A DNA stretch of 57,750 nt, filler included, from Streblomastix strix (lineage: Eukaryota), in assembly GCA_008636045.1 (NCBI GenBank). It is 3 parts of 3 records of this genome, joined end to end, with 100 filler letters (N's around TTAATTAATTAA, not from the genome) between each part and the next. Parts side by side here need not be neighbours in the genome. Positions count along the whole stretch, not along the records: positions 19,287 to 38,471 come from SNRW01000539.1; positions 38,572 to 57,750 come from SNRW01000540.1; 1 more part is not named here. One strand, 5' to 3'. Of this stretch, positions 32,709 to 46,064 are shown piece after piece. The stretch's first letter is position 1, and each line of letters begins with the position of its first letter. The notes under the pieces are model-generated. The model was not told where the DNA came from, did not search any database, and worked only from the letters and a program-made list of their open reading frames with translations. Made by a program: the position numbers and the translations under genes.

Positions 32709-35700
32709 ATGGCTCAACTCACTGCTTAAGCTACAGCACTACTCTCAGACGTATGCATTGAATATTAAGTTATGTTTGCTTAATCCATTTTTTCTGGAAA
32801 CATAGGACAGACTGGCAAAACGGCGCGAAGTTTGGAAAAACTTCCTCTGGCTTTCACAGACCCCACGTGGTTCTGGGCATCCTGAACCTGTTAGAACTAA
32901 GTTGTTAGAGCTAGTGAGATCGATGGGTCATGAAGCAGATATTGATAGCGCAGGAAATGTTCTGGTGCGAGCAAAGGCAAGTTCTGGAGAAGAAGGACGT
33001 CCGTGGCTGTGCCTACAGGCGCACTACGACATGGTTGCTGTGAAAGATGACACTTCATCCATTGATCTAATAAAAGAAGGAGTTGGCAGTGGAATAAGAT
33101 TAATTGATACAGATTCAGAACTTCAGGGTAAAACTGGCATGATGGCCACAGGTTTGTTAGATAGATTTACAAACTGTTCACTCATTTATTCCTCAACACA
33201 ATCAGGAACCAGTCTTGGTGCCGACAACGGAATCGGAGTTGCAATTGCACTCGCCATACTGGAGGACAAAGAAATTAAAAGAGGACCATTGGAAGTGTTA
33301 TTCACTCGTGATGAGGAAACATCGATGGCTGGAGTGAAGAATATTGATGCATCTGAATTGAAGAGCGATTTTCTTATAAACCTGGACTTTGAGGAATAGA
33401 GAGTGATTTGTATTGGGTATGAATAATAATAATATTTAAATTTTATTTAAATATAAATATATTTATAATGAAATAAGTTTATCTATTATATTATTCATTA
33501 ATATTTTTTCATACTTATTATTTTTTCATAAAATTTTTTTCATTTATTTCTTAATCTATCTATACATCCTTATTTCAGCTCCGCCGGTGCCTTCGACGAA
33601 GAGTACGACCTCAAACTGGACATTAACACACCCATAGAAAACAACCATAACATTAATTACATCCAAATTGAGATTAGAGACCTTAAAGGCGGTCATTCTG
33701 GAGTGGAGATTAATACTGGAAGAGCGAATAGCTCTAAATTACTTGGATTCGCTGTTGGATAAGCGGTTAATAATAGTGGGTTGGGAGGTTTGATGATGTT
33801 TGTGTGGGAATTGGAGATGGAATGAAGTGGATATATTATATTATTATTTATTCATTATTTATCATTTATTTTTCATTTATTTATTTTTATATTATTAATT
33901 CATTATTTATCATTTATTATTATATATTATTGAAAAACTACTGCATTTATTTTTTTATTATATTCTATATTTATTTTTCATTTAATTTTATTATATATTT
34001 ATTTTATTATATATAGATAATTGGGGCATATCCTCATTCGTTTCAGGATCACAGCACAATGTAATCCCTAATAAAGGTGTAGCAATTGTCTCAATATTCA
34101 CTGAACAAGGAAAATAAAAAGAATTAATCGAATTAAAAGAAAAATTTATCAACGAAATAAAAAAAATTGAATCAAAACTTCAGAAGAAGTGGAAATAAGT
34201 TGAACCAAATCTGAAATTAATTGTAACTGAGCTTGTAGATGAAAAATAAGATAAAATTAGGCTGTGCTATACAAGTTAATCATCATTGAGATTATTGGAC
34301 AGTTTGTAGATACTGCCACATGGTATGAAGGATGGAATGGAATACATATATTCATTTGTATTTATTATATAGATATTTATACTATAAATTATTTTCTCTA
34401 TATATTGTTATTTAATATTTATTTATTATATAGATATTTATTCTATAAAATATTTTTTCTATATATTATTATTATATTTATTTATTTATTCACTATTCAA
34501 TTATTATAATATAATATCCACTATCATATGTATTTTCAATTACAGGAGTACTTAAATTATCTCCAATGTCAAATGAATTAGTAGAAACATCCATTAATTT
34601 AGCAGTTGTCAATCTGATTGAACCAGAAATTGAAGATTTGAATGAAAAAGAATAAATTAAAGAGAAAGAATAATTAAAAGAAAAGAAAGAAGAAGATGTT
34701 GAAGATGTATAGAATTGGTGGAAAGCTAAAAGTATTGATTATATTTAATTTTTATTCTGAATAACATTTAAAGTAATTTAATTATAATAATTTAATTATT
34801 ATTTATTTATATTGCAATTTAATATATAATTCAATTATTAATTTTTTTCTAATTAATTGTATTCAAATATCAGAAAATACTGCAATCATTCATTTAATGG
34901 GCAGATCAACTGATTTCAAGCAGTTAGAATATGCTCATGATTAGATACAAGCAACTGCTAGACTACTTGGAGCAACAACTAGTATGTGCATGGTAATATA
35001 TATTATTATATATACAAACTATGTAATAAAAACCATTTTTACAAAATTAATAGATAAAAATTAATTTATGTTGATATTATCTTTTTATTTATTTAATAAT
35101 TCTTTCATTTATTTTAATATTTTCCTATTTATTATCAGGTGGAATGACCAACACTCAGAATGCTTGGGAACCTGATCTCACAAATCCACTTCTTCATATT
35201 GGAATACAATGTTACACTCAGGTTATAATGAAATTATTTATTATTATTATTATTATATAAATGTAAAATGAATATTATTATCATTATTTTATTTATTATT
35301 TAAATAATTTGAATATTATTGTAATATAATTATAATATGTTATTATTTATTATAAAATCATTTTGAATATAATTTGAATATTTTTGTAATGTATTATTAT
35401 TTATTATTATATGTATAAATAAAGGTGTATAAACGAGCTCCAATCATTTATGTTGTTCATGCTGCTCTGGAATGCGGAATATTGAAGAGGTTTAATAATA
35501 ATAAGAATTATAATTATTGATACTAATTAATTTATAAATAAATTCTAATTAATTTATAAATTAATATTTATTTATATTTATTTATATTTATTTATATTTA
35601 TTTATATTTATTTATATTTATTTATTTAAATTATTTATATTAATTTATATTAATTTATATTTATTTATTATTTTAATCACAAAAGCAAAAAACCATCATT

Positions 35701-35955
35701 GAAAACCATTTCTATTGGTCCAACAGTTGTACATGTTCATTCACCTTAGGTATAATAAATATTATATTCATTAGTTATTAAATACATAAATATCTATTTG
35801 ATTTAATATATTTTTTATATTGATTTATTATTTATTTATTTTATTTAATTTATTTTATTATATTTATTTAAAATAAAAATCAGGAATTACTATATGTTGA
35901 AACTGTTCCATTGACATATGAGTTGACTGTCAAAATACTGGAGAACATTAAATGA
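32709..35955 (+). CDS. pepD: Aminoacyl-histidine dipeptidase (PepD, peptidase M20C), multi-exon
   Basis: Motifs PRGSGH, LQAHYDMV, GTSLGADNGIG, LEVLFTRDEETSMAG, LINLDFEE, GGHSGVEI, VHAALECG, ISIGPT and VHSPQE. Introns are GT-AG. Stop is TGA at 35953-35955. Confidence 0.9.
35565..35630. repeat. (TTTATA)n microsatellite inside a pepD intron
   Basis: Tandem tttata units are directly visible. Confidence 0.8.
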
Positions 35956-36365
35956 TTGAATATTTATGATTAACGCTCGTCCATATTTATTTAATCACTC
36001 ATTCTTTATATTTAGTCATTATTTTTGTGATCAGATTATTTTTAGTTAATTTTCTTATTTAATAAATAAATTAAAAATATTTTCTATATACCTGGCTAAT
36101 TTTTTAGTATTCTATCATAATTTATTTGTACAATATATATGTTGATTATTTATCATTATTATATCAATCAATTCTTTCTCTATTAATTTTTAGAATTTTT
36201 TAGAATTAAATTTTTTTTTCTTGATAACTTCGAGATTAAGGAGTACCGGAATTTACATATTTCGCAAGAAGAATGTCATATAGCATTATTTAACAAATTA
36301 CTTAGAAATATTAGATTAAGCCCATAATTCACATTTTTTTGCAAAAACATAAAAGTTTAATTAGA

Positions 36366-38471
36366 ATGACTACAGACAAAGTCTAATCGAGAGTATAATC
36401 AAATCCAATATGCATTGAAGAGACAGTTTGCATGACATATGTGGTAGAGCGTATGCTTGCATCAGGAAAATCTTCGACTGTTTTTGTTGCCCGCGCGAAG
36501 GACGATACAAAATAGAATTGTGTTGCATTGAAAGTAGTACCAATTGGGAACGGGCATTCAGCACTGCTTAATGAGATTGCCGTATTGAAGAGCGTTGGAT
36601 GTATTTAAAATTAAATAATTAAAATAATTATAAATAATTTCTCTTTTTTTCAGGTCGGGAACACTTTACGAAGCTGTTTGGAATTGGATTGCACAGACAA
36701 TACAAATTTCTTGCTATGGAATTACTCGGGCCTACACTTTAGTTTGTTCAGCTGTTCATTACATAATATCAATTTTTTTTCATTCTTTTATTCTTATCCA
36801 CTTCAGCGACATAATACATCGACCACAAATGCAGAAGCTGAGCCTTTCTTCTGTAGTTAAAATTGGAATATAAAGTTTGGAAGCACTTTCTACGTTGCAC
36901 AGAGCTGGATTTGTTCATGGAAAAGTCAGATCGGTTTGCCCTTTTAATTTTTATTGATTTATTTCTTCCTTATAAAACTAATTTAACAGGAAAACTTGAT
37001 GATTGGATACAATAAGGAGACTTCAGGGAAGATATATTTGATTGGTTTTTCATAGAGCATACAAATCGATGGAAATTAAATCAATTTGAATAATTAAGAT
37101 GAAAAAAGATTAAATTCTGAAAATTCCACAGAAATGAAATCATCAATAAAGCTTATATAGAATGATTTATATTGTTTATTGGAGATGATAATGACTTTAT
37201 ACAGTGGTGTTGAAGAAGTTTGAATAAGAAATGAAATAAAAAATATTTATATTTTTTAATACTAAATTTTTAATTTGATTTAATTTTATTGTAGGATTAA
37301 GTTCATTTGAATGAAGAAGAATTTAATTATAAAGATTATATTGACATTCTGTATGAAATTAAGCTATTTGAATAAGAAATCTCATAAATAGATAATAAGA
37401 AAATTGGCTAATACACAGAATTGAAATAAATATTATTGATGATGATTTAATAGAACAAAGAAGATATTAAGAAACCATTTGAATGGGAAATTAAAATTGA
37501 AGTTGAAATTGATGAATAAATATAAAAGATTGAACATCATAATGCATAAATATAGAATTAGAATTAGAATTAGAGTGAAATATTAAATCAAAGACTATAA
37601 TTGGGCTCATTAATAAGAACAAACACCCCAAATAACAATTAATTATAAACATAATCAAAATCATTAAAAACTGAATCATAATTTAATTCAATTGATTTGA
37701 AATCTGACACATAACATCAATTTCATTAATTAATATCTTCAATTAATGAATCAATTATGAATACTTTTTTACCAGTTAAGAATTGTGAATAATAAATTTT
37801 GCAATATCCTTTGAAACAAATAGTTAACATAGATATAAATTCATCATTCAATAATAATAACATAAATTAATAATAAACAACAAATAATAAATAAATTCCA
37901 AAAGGATTGCAATTGAATAATTCATAAGAAAGTTTGATAAGTTTACATGAATATAATAATTAATCGCGCAAACTTCTTCATTGTGCTCCAGATCGTAAAA
38001 GTTGTGAATCTATTTTAAGCAGTTGCGAAACTATATTAGTTGAACATAGTATGAATAGTAGCAATAGTTTGATTTATTATTAATAACCACAATCAAATAA
38101 ACCATTTGGAAGTGTTAATTAATAATTGAATTCAATACCCAGATCAAAATGTGCATAATAAATACTTGACAAATCAAATAATAATGAAATTCATTCACAA
38201 CTGTAAAACAATATAATATAACATAATCAAATTCATCACAATATATTGCAACAAAATCAACAATATTTTACTGAATATTATAACAATAACAACAATCTAA
38301 TTTTCTAAAGTTTCATGACTGATGAACCAAACTTTATTGACAATGCTTCATATTTAAGCTAAAGTTTCATAACTGCAGATCCTGATCCTTTATCTAAACA
38401 TCATAATGCAGATAGATCAAATTCTTCAATATTTTCAGATATTTCATCAATTGAATGGAATGATCATATTT
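36366..38471 (+). CDS. Casein kinase 1/TTBK-family probable pseudokinase with N/Q-rich tail, 3' end lost in gap
   Basis: Spliced frame reads LASGKSSTVF...VALKVV...LLNEIAVLK...FLAMELLGPTLSD...LEALSTLHRAGFVHGKVRSENLMIG...IYLIGFS...PFEWE. CK1 motifs are present, but HRD reads HGK and DFG reads GFS. Confidence 0.75.
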
Positions 38472-38571
38472 NNNNNNNNNNNNNNNNNNNNNNNNNNNNN
38501 NNNNNNNNNNNNNNNTTAATTAATTAANNNNNNNNNNNNNNNNNNNNNNNNNNNNNNNNNNNNNNNNNNNN
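38472..38571. other. Assembly gap with artificial spacer
   Basis: N44-TTAATTAATTAA-N44. Confidence 0.97.
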
Positions 38572-39657
38572 ATAAAGGACTATATATTGAAGCCGTTAAA
38601 GCAGTTCTATAGACCTTACTTCTCTAAATCATTAGGCTCATGGGAGATAGATATTGTATTCGATGGAAAGTAAGATTACCTGTTCTGCATTAATATCAAT
38701 ACTAAATACTTAGTTGTCTATGAGATAAAGAATAAAACATAAAAAGAGATATTAAGGTGTCTTGATTAATTAATCAAATAGTAACATGTAAATAATCTAA
38801 GATCTGATAGTGAAAGCGCTGTCAGTAGTAAAATGGTATAAGATTTCTTATCATCTTATCGTATATAATATTACATGAGTAAATGAAAATTCACTAATAA
38901 AAATAGAATAGTTGATAGAGTTATTCGTTCCATTAGAGATGCTTTTTTTGATTAAGATTTGGCTAATCAAAAGTTAATATAATCGCTAGTTAAATATTAT
39001 AATGATAAACCTCATAAAGAGTTTGAATTAAAATACAATCCAAGATAGGTTAATTATGATGAAGATTTAAAAGGTAAATATATTCAATAATAGATTAGGA
39101 AATTAGACACTACTAAATATTAGTAGAATTAACTTACTAAACTTATAAAAGGAAATATCATATTGATTCATCTTGATTTTTCTAAGACATCTCATTAATT
39201 TAAAAAATAACGTAGATAGTTTAATGAGTTAGTAATATTTGAAAAATATTAGCACGGGAATATAATCTGTAGTTTAATGAAATAATATAAAGATATATAA
39301 TAAGTTGAAATATATATTTATTTATCTAAGAATGTAAGTGATGATCTAGAAAATTTAGAAATTAAATTTAAATAGATATTTTGTTTAATGAAAATGGTAC
39401 CAGTAAATGAATAAATCAATGAAGCTCTTTAATAATAAACTGGTCCTATTAATACAAAACGTAATTATGAAAGAAAAGAAGGTTTTAAATGTGATAGACC
39501 TAAGAATTATTATACAATAGAAGAAGCTAAAAATAAAGCAAGAGAATAACGAAGTCTATTTAAAAAGAAACATTATATATAATTACTAAATAATTTAGAT
39601 AAATAAGTTCTGAATTATAACATACAGCTATTCGATAGATTTAAAAGGTAAAACTGA
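38572..39657 (+). pseudogene. Retroviral-like (rve) integrase, possibly running into a small basic downstream ORF
   Basis: GSWEIDIVF...YLFCININTKYL...LRSDSESAV...KNRIVDRVIRSIRD...YYNDKPH...YNPRQV. The catalytic triad appears as D..D-35-D. There is one internal TGA at 38884-38886. Confidence 0.75.
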
Positions 39658-40013
39658 ATGAATAAGATATAATCACTATACTTAATATACTTGATAAATA
39701 TAAACAAAAGCAAAAATAAGATTAAAACTAAATCATTGATATAGAATAATCTAATAGTAGTAAATGAATATATCATCTATTTATTTTTCTTAACACCTTT
39801 AATGATGGTCTAAAGACTAATCTTTTATCGTCTAACATAATCGTTAACAATAATAATGCTTCTTAACTAATTATTTAAGCTTATTCTATAATCAATTTTA
39901 ATTGTTCCATCTTCAATCGTTTATTATATTATCATAGAATGAATCATAGTTCTATTGTTGTATCTGATTTAGTAGCTAAACATAGTAATGGTGATAGAAA
40001 TTAGATATATCTC

Positions 40014-41016
40014 ATGTATTCTTATACTTACATTTTTCATTAATTAAAACGACTTACATATCTTAAGCTGATAAAGATACACTTATAAGACTATCTGGTA
40101 GATTAGGACTTAAACATTAAATGATAATAAAGATATAATAAAAGATAATATTTAGAGACATTTAACTAGAATTAATATCATTAGTAAAACTATAGAATAG
40201 ATTATTTAAGATCTAGATGTTAAACATAAGGGATCAAATTAATAGAATTAACCAAAATTGACATTACCATTAACTATGGCAGATTTGAGAGCTACACATG
40301 AGACATAATCATTTTACGGAAAATAAGATCTCAAATTCAAAAGTTATAGGGGTGAACCAAGTGTATCTTATAAATCGTCAGATCAAATTTCAATGTAATC
40401 GTTAGCTTAGAATCTATTATATAGTTAAATGAATGTATATTTAAGAGTAAAAATTATGATTGATAATTCAGTTGGAATAGGTGATCCATCGCTAATTGAT
40501 ATACCTAATGTTAATGTTTAAATTACTTCAGGAATATATAATTATAAAGATCTAAGACCTTATGATAATTTCAATGAATTTTCTGATTAATAATCATAGG
40601 ATTTAGGAAATAAAGAACCACTTAATAATGAAAATTATTAAAGATAAAAGAATATAGAAGAAAGAAACTAAAAAGAGAAAGAATAAGGGTTTTAAAAAGT
40701 TAAATAGCTTGTAACTATAGAATAATAGGAACAATAAGGTGATGATTTGTTAAATACAACACTTTAATTTTCAAATTAATCATAAGATTAATAAAAATAA
40801 CTAGTAGTAGAAGAAGATGAATAAAAGGAAAAAGAAAATTTATTAACATAAGAATTTGATCAATTAGAATTATGCAATGAATTATAAGCTTGGGTCAATG
40901 GATTGGGGATTGACTGCTCTTAATTCAAATTAATTTCCATTAAAGAAAATAAGATTGAGTATTCACGATAAAACACCTTTATACATTTAATTGAATAATG
41001 TGTTAACGAAAGCTGA
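40014..41016 (+). CDS. Hypothetical Q/E-rich element protein; 5' end uncertain, likely frameshifted near the start
   Basis: An open frame with TAR=Gln runs from ~40120 to TGA 41014-41016. No recognisable motif. Confidence 0.45.
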
Positions 41017-41083
41017 GAAAATAAATTAAGCTAAACTTAAGAAGAATTACACTAGTGAAAAGGAAAAGATGTCAACAATATAA

Positions 41084-44000
41084 TCATAGAAATAACTCAA
41101 AAGAAAGAAAGGTAAAAAATAAATGAAAAAGAAATCTACTTGATTCGCAATCTATATAACTTTCAGTAGTGAATTCATAGATAGATGGTAAACAACTTTA
41201 ACTATTTTTAAGTATTATCATCTTAGTTTAAAAACCTGTTAACGCATTCTTAGTTGATAATAACTTACTCATACAATAAGTCTTGGATAATTAATCTTAT
41301 TAATCTGATTATTAACTTAGTCTTATATTAGTTCCTTGTGCTATTTTTCCACTAACGAAATTATCAATCACGTCTTATTTGTTTATTTTGCTCTATCTAA
41401 GATTAACTCCTTTAAGCTTAATTACATAGATTAACTTCTATTATTTAAATATATGAATATAATAATTCTTAGGGGCTAATGCAAATTTCTCATCTCCTTC
41501 ATTTTCAATAGAATAACCTAGTCATTTTTTTTCATCTGATTTATCACCATCGATAGTTGGAAAAAATTAATCGCATTATTAGCATAAAACAGCTTGTTAT
41601 TAATAACACATTTGAAACCTTAATGTAAATTATCTTCGTACTCTTAAAAATTGATTAATTACTTATCTTAATAAATCATAGGTAAATGTTTTTTACTAAT
41701 TGTCCAATAAGCTGAATCAGTATCTCCTTCTATGAAATGTAATTTATTCATATCTAAGCATTTAAACATGAAATTATATATGAAATTAAGGTAACAATAT
41801 TTAGTGTTATCTAATGAAAAATAAACTACTTATAAAAAAGAATTGCATTTACAATCATTAAGGTTAAATTAAACAGCATAAAGGTTATCCGCTAATTTAC
41901 AATCATTTATCCATGATTATTTGGTATGAGCTTCTTTAGTCTTATCTTTAGTAAGTAGTTTGATCTTGTTATATTTCTCAGTATTCATACCATTAGATCC
42001 TTAAAAAGCGTTTAAAATCAACTTATAAAATTTTTATAATCGACTATTCTTTTATTTAATATCTTCAATACGTTTATTCATGAACTCATTAACGAAAGCT
42101 TTAAACTTAATATGCTTAATGAAAGTAACTATCTGTTTAATATCATCGATTATGAAAATGCAATCATCAATTAAGAACAATAAGTAATGAGAACTAAATA
42201 TCATATATTAAATTTGAGTAGATAATAGATTAGTTAATTTTCTTTCTTATATATTAGTTCTAACACCAACTGATTTCATCTAATCATATATATATTCACC
42301 GATAACGTTTTTATTAGTTGTATAAGATAAGTTATGGAATATTGGGGGAAATTAATTAAGTCGTTAATGTAGTGCTCATCAATATGTCCCTTCAGCTATG
42401 CAATTAAATAGTTATCCATTTTCATTGAATCGATCGTTTGATTTAATTATTTTTCTAGCTAATTCTAAATCTTTAATAATACCTCTAACAGAACCACACA
42501 TATATATAATATCGTTAGTATACTTGTTAAATGGATGATATTAAGATGAAAAACAAGATGGATATAACTAATTAAAATCTAGTCCACAGATATGAGAAAT
42601 AGTATGATTAGTATTGATTACTGTTATAGTTTTATTCTACTCATTATAATATTTTCGTTTAATTGTATCAATATTAGCTCTATTATATCGATGCATTACA
42701 TTAGATAGTCCACCAGTTATATTTCGTCTTATGAGTTAATATACTTCATCGTTTACAATTGTTTAAGGGAGATGGTTAATGTTATAAAATCGTCGAAGTT
42801 AAATAAATAGTTTAATGATTTTTTTATCCTTGTTTGATTTATAACGATTACTATATAAGCAACATGGCTTGCAATTTGATTTAGTATGAGGAAGGTGATT
42901 ATCAATACGATCTAATATAGGATTATTATCTATAATAAATTTATCACCTCATATAACATAGGCAAAGTGTTCGAATAGATCTTTATAATTATCGAAATCG
43001 TTAATGTTAATGTTATTGTTTGTCTTTCTATGTTTAATATTATCTTAAGTGTTATATACAATTACTTTATATTTCCAATAGCTTTGATATTGAATGAAAG
43101 AGCTGGAGTTATTAATTGTTTAAGAATAATTAGTGTTAAGATCAAAATCTTTATAAGCCATAGCATATTTAATAGCATTTGCATTAGCAGCTGAGCTCAT
43201 AAAACTAAGCATATCAACGTTGTATTAATAGAACCAGTTAGTCAAGTTGTCTATTCGTTGTATCATTATCTATGTGTCGAATTCATTATAGTGTTATAGT
43301 GAGTCCCATCTTGTTTGATAGTCTTTAGCATCATCTAGATATAATTGGTAATCTTCATTAGACATAGTTTTATTTTTCAACATTGAATCATACGATCTAA
43401 TTGGAAAGGGTTACGACTTAATTAATTCATAATTATAGTTATCATAAGTGATCCCTTCATATGTAAATAGCCCTATAGATTAATTATTTTTTTTGCCAAA
43501 ATCCTTAGCGAATTTGGCTAAATCAGTAGGTTAAGTGTAGTACATTGCATCAAAGAAACTAATACATTATTTAAACTGTATATTTTAAACTATTATCTGT
43601 TTACCTTATCCATAGCCACCGATGTAGGATTAGATAGTCCACTTATCACAATGAACATATTTAGAGAATAGAGCTTAATCGAATCTGCTTGAATTGAATC
43701 CTAAAATTGATGCATTTTAGTTATATGGAATTTGCTCATCATCATACTTATTATCTATTGAAACTTGTTTAGCCTCTTCGAATACCTACTCGATCCATTA
43801 TGTTATAAAATCAGGTCCATTACGTAAGTCAAAATAAATAGTCTTCAACGCTACTAGTCCAAGTGGAGTTTCAATTTTTTATTATGGTTATCATTACTAT
43901 ATTATTCTCCCCATTTAAGTTTAATAGTTGAAGCTACGGATAGGGGTTCGAAAATTAATATCCATTAGCTATTTCGTTTAATTTGTTTGTTACTTATCCC

Positions 44001-45681
44001 ATTAACGATCTCTTATTATTGATTATCTTTAAGGATAGGTTTACCAAAAAAGACAATACTTTAAGTTCAATTGCTTCAAAATCATATGTGATATAATAGA
44101 GAGTTAGCTTAAACAATTGATTCTTTCCATTGGCTAATAGATATGTGTAAGTTTCATTGCGTTAGATATGTGGACAGTAGGGAAATGGATATTCTTCTAA
44201 TTTAACCATCATAACTATTTTACCATTGTTAATCTTACATTAGTTAACATGATTTTCGTTATATCTTTAGATATGATCACCCTTAGGGTAAAATGATTAT
44301 TAATAACATTGAAGACAATATTTTTCTCTAGTTAATCCATCTGTATTAGTAACATAGAATACCTGATAAATGTCTTAATTATCGTTAATTATTGAGATTA
44401 GTAGAATGATAAATATAAGTAGCATATCATTGGTTCATTCTTCTTCTTATATTTCAGAATTATCATCGACATTAATGTTCTTGATCTTGCTGTAATTCAA
44501 TTTTTATCCTAAGTAACAAAGTTTGTCATCATTATCGTAACAGAAGAAATTAACGTTAATCTTCTTCTTAATAACGAATTATTTAAACTCAACAACGATG
44601 TCAAATCCTTTATAATCGTTAATGAATGTATCGAATTATTTCTTCAATAGGTTATAGAATTCATGCATCTATTTTTTAGATTCACATCTAATTTGTCCAG
44701 GAGATACTTTGTTTTTTAATATGAATCTAACGAATGATAATTAGAAGTAATTATTGAATTCGGATTACTGATAGAATAGTTATTTTTTATGAGCTTTATA
44801 ATATTAATCTAATAATTCTTTCATGCATAATCCTGCTAGGGGAAATTAGCTAACCTTTATCATTATTGAATATATACCAATAAATCTATTTTATTTGATT
44901 CCTTTATTTGAAAATCTTCCATCTCAATTACAAAACTTTTAACTTATTATTTATACTAGGCTATTGATTATTCATTAGTGATCATAGCTGGAGCGTATTG
45001 TTATATATTTTTTTCTTATAGTGGTTAATGATCATAGATAATATTACTATATGATAATTCCTCACTAATTGTACCGAATAACAATTGTATCTTAAATGCG
45101 CTTCTAGTGTTTTCACTGTATACCACATCAATTGTATTGCCAATATTTTATGCTGATATAATTTGATTATCAAAGTATTTAATTGATACATCATCTATTA
45201 CTTCAAGTATTGCTTCAGTATCATACCCTTGTCTTGCTTCAATTATCGCTTATCTACAAGCATCATTATCTTATGGTTTAGTGAATAGCAAACATTCAAA
45301 GTAATTAATGTTATCATCATCTTCTCTTTAAGTTTAATCTTTGCATAAGTTTATTTTCTCATATACTTCATCGATCTCTTGTTAAGTAAAGTGCAATAGT
45401 CTAATTAATTGCTATTTAGTCTATTTGAAGTTTACTGCTTTAATTATCTATTTTTAAGCTTTGAGTAAATATTCTTGTATGACTTAGTCAAATAATTGAT
45501 CTATCTATTTTTCGACCACAAATGATATAACCTTAATGAACATAGTTCTACCCCCTCGTCTAGGAAACTATAACTAGTCTAATAATTAGTTTACCTTCAA
45601 ATTGAGCTATTAGACAGTTCTAATTGAAGAGATATCGTAAACTTTCAAAATTGATTATAATTAAGATTTATTTAATACCAT
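41084..45681 (-). pseudogene. Protein-primed family B DNA polymerase (Polinton type), degenerate
   Basis: ExoI YITYDFE, ExoII GFNSSRFD, ExoIII YNEFD, RRNITGGLS, motif A GLDFNQLYPS, motif B KLILNAFQG, motif C FIEGDTDSAYW. The span is not a multiple of 3 and several conserved residues are mutated. Confidence 0.85.
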
Positions 45682-45747
45682 TTATTTTTAAAAATAAAAT
45701 ATTAAGTTAGTTTATTTTCATTACGCAAAGATAATTGAACATTTAGC

Positions 45748-46047
45748 AGAAGATATTATTGGCGAGACTGGCAATATTTCTAAAATGTAGGGACAAATAT
45801 ATTTAATAAACCAGCAGAATTAAGCGATCTGTTTTGAGGTAATGAAACTGTTATGATGATAAGTTGTACTTCTGTACGTTTAATTTTAAGCATTAGTTTA
45901 TGTTTGATTCACATCGATTTATAATGTTAATTCTTGAGACTAGTATATTACTTTAGCTGTTTCAGGCCAGCTTAATTCTGGCGCGTTTATTATTTGGATT
46001 TGTCTACGATTTTGAAAATAGTGCCAATCTCACCATTAATATCTTCT
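45748..46047. repeat. Imperfect ~78-bp inverted repeat between the divergent PolB and helicase genes
   Basis: 45748-45825 (agaagatattattggcgagactggcaatattt...agaattaagc) pairs with 45970-46047. Confidence 0.7.
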
Positions 46048-46064
46048 AAGATACAACCGAATAA

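Noticed and set aside
33787..33830. Apparent in-frame TGA in pepD (also at ~37221 in the CK1-like gene)
   Set aside because: Both lie within GTTTGA-donor introns, so they were not counted as evidence for UGA recoding.
39660..39950. Possible small minus-strand ORF in the Polinton, and another at ~49170-49500
   Set aside because: No motif; with only one stop codon, open frames of this size arise easily.
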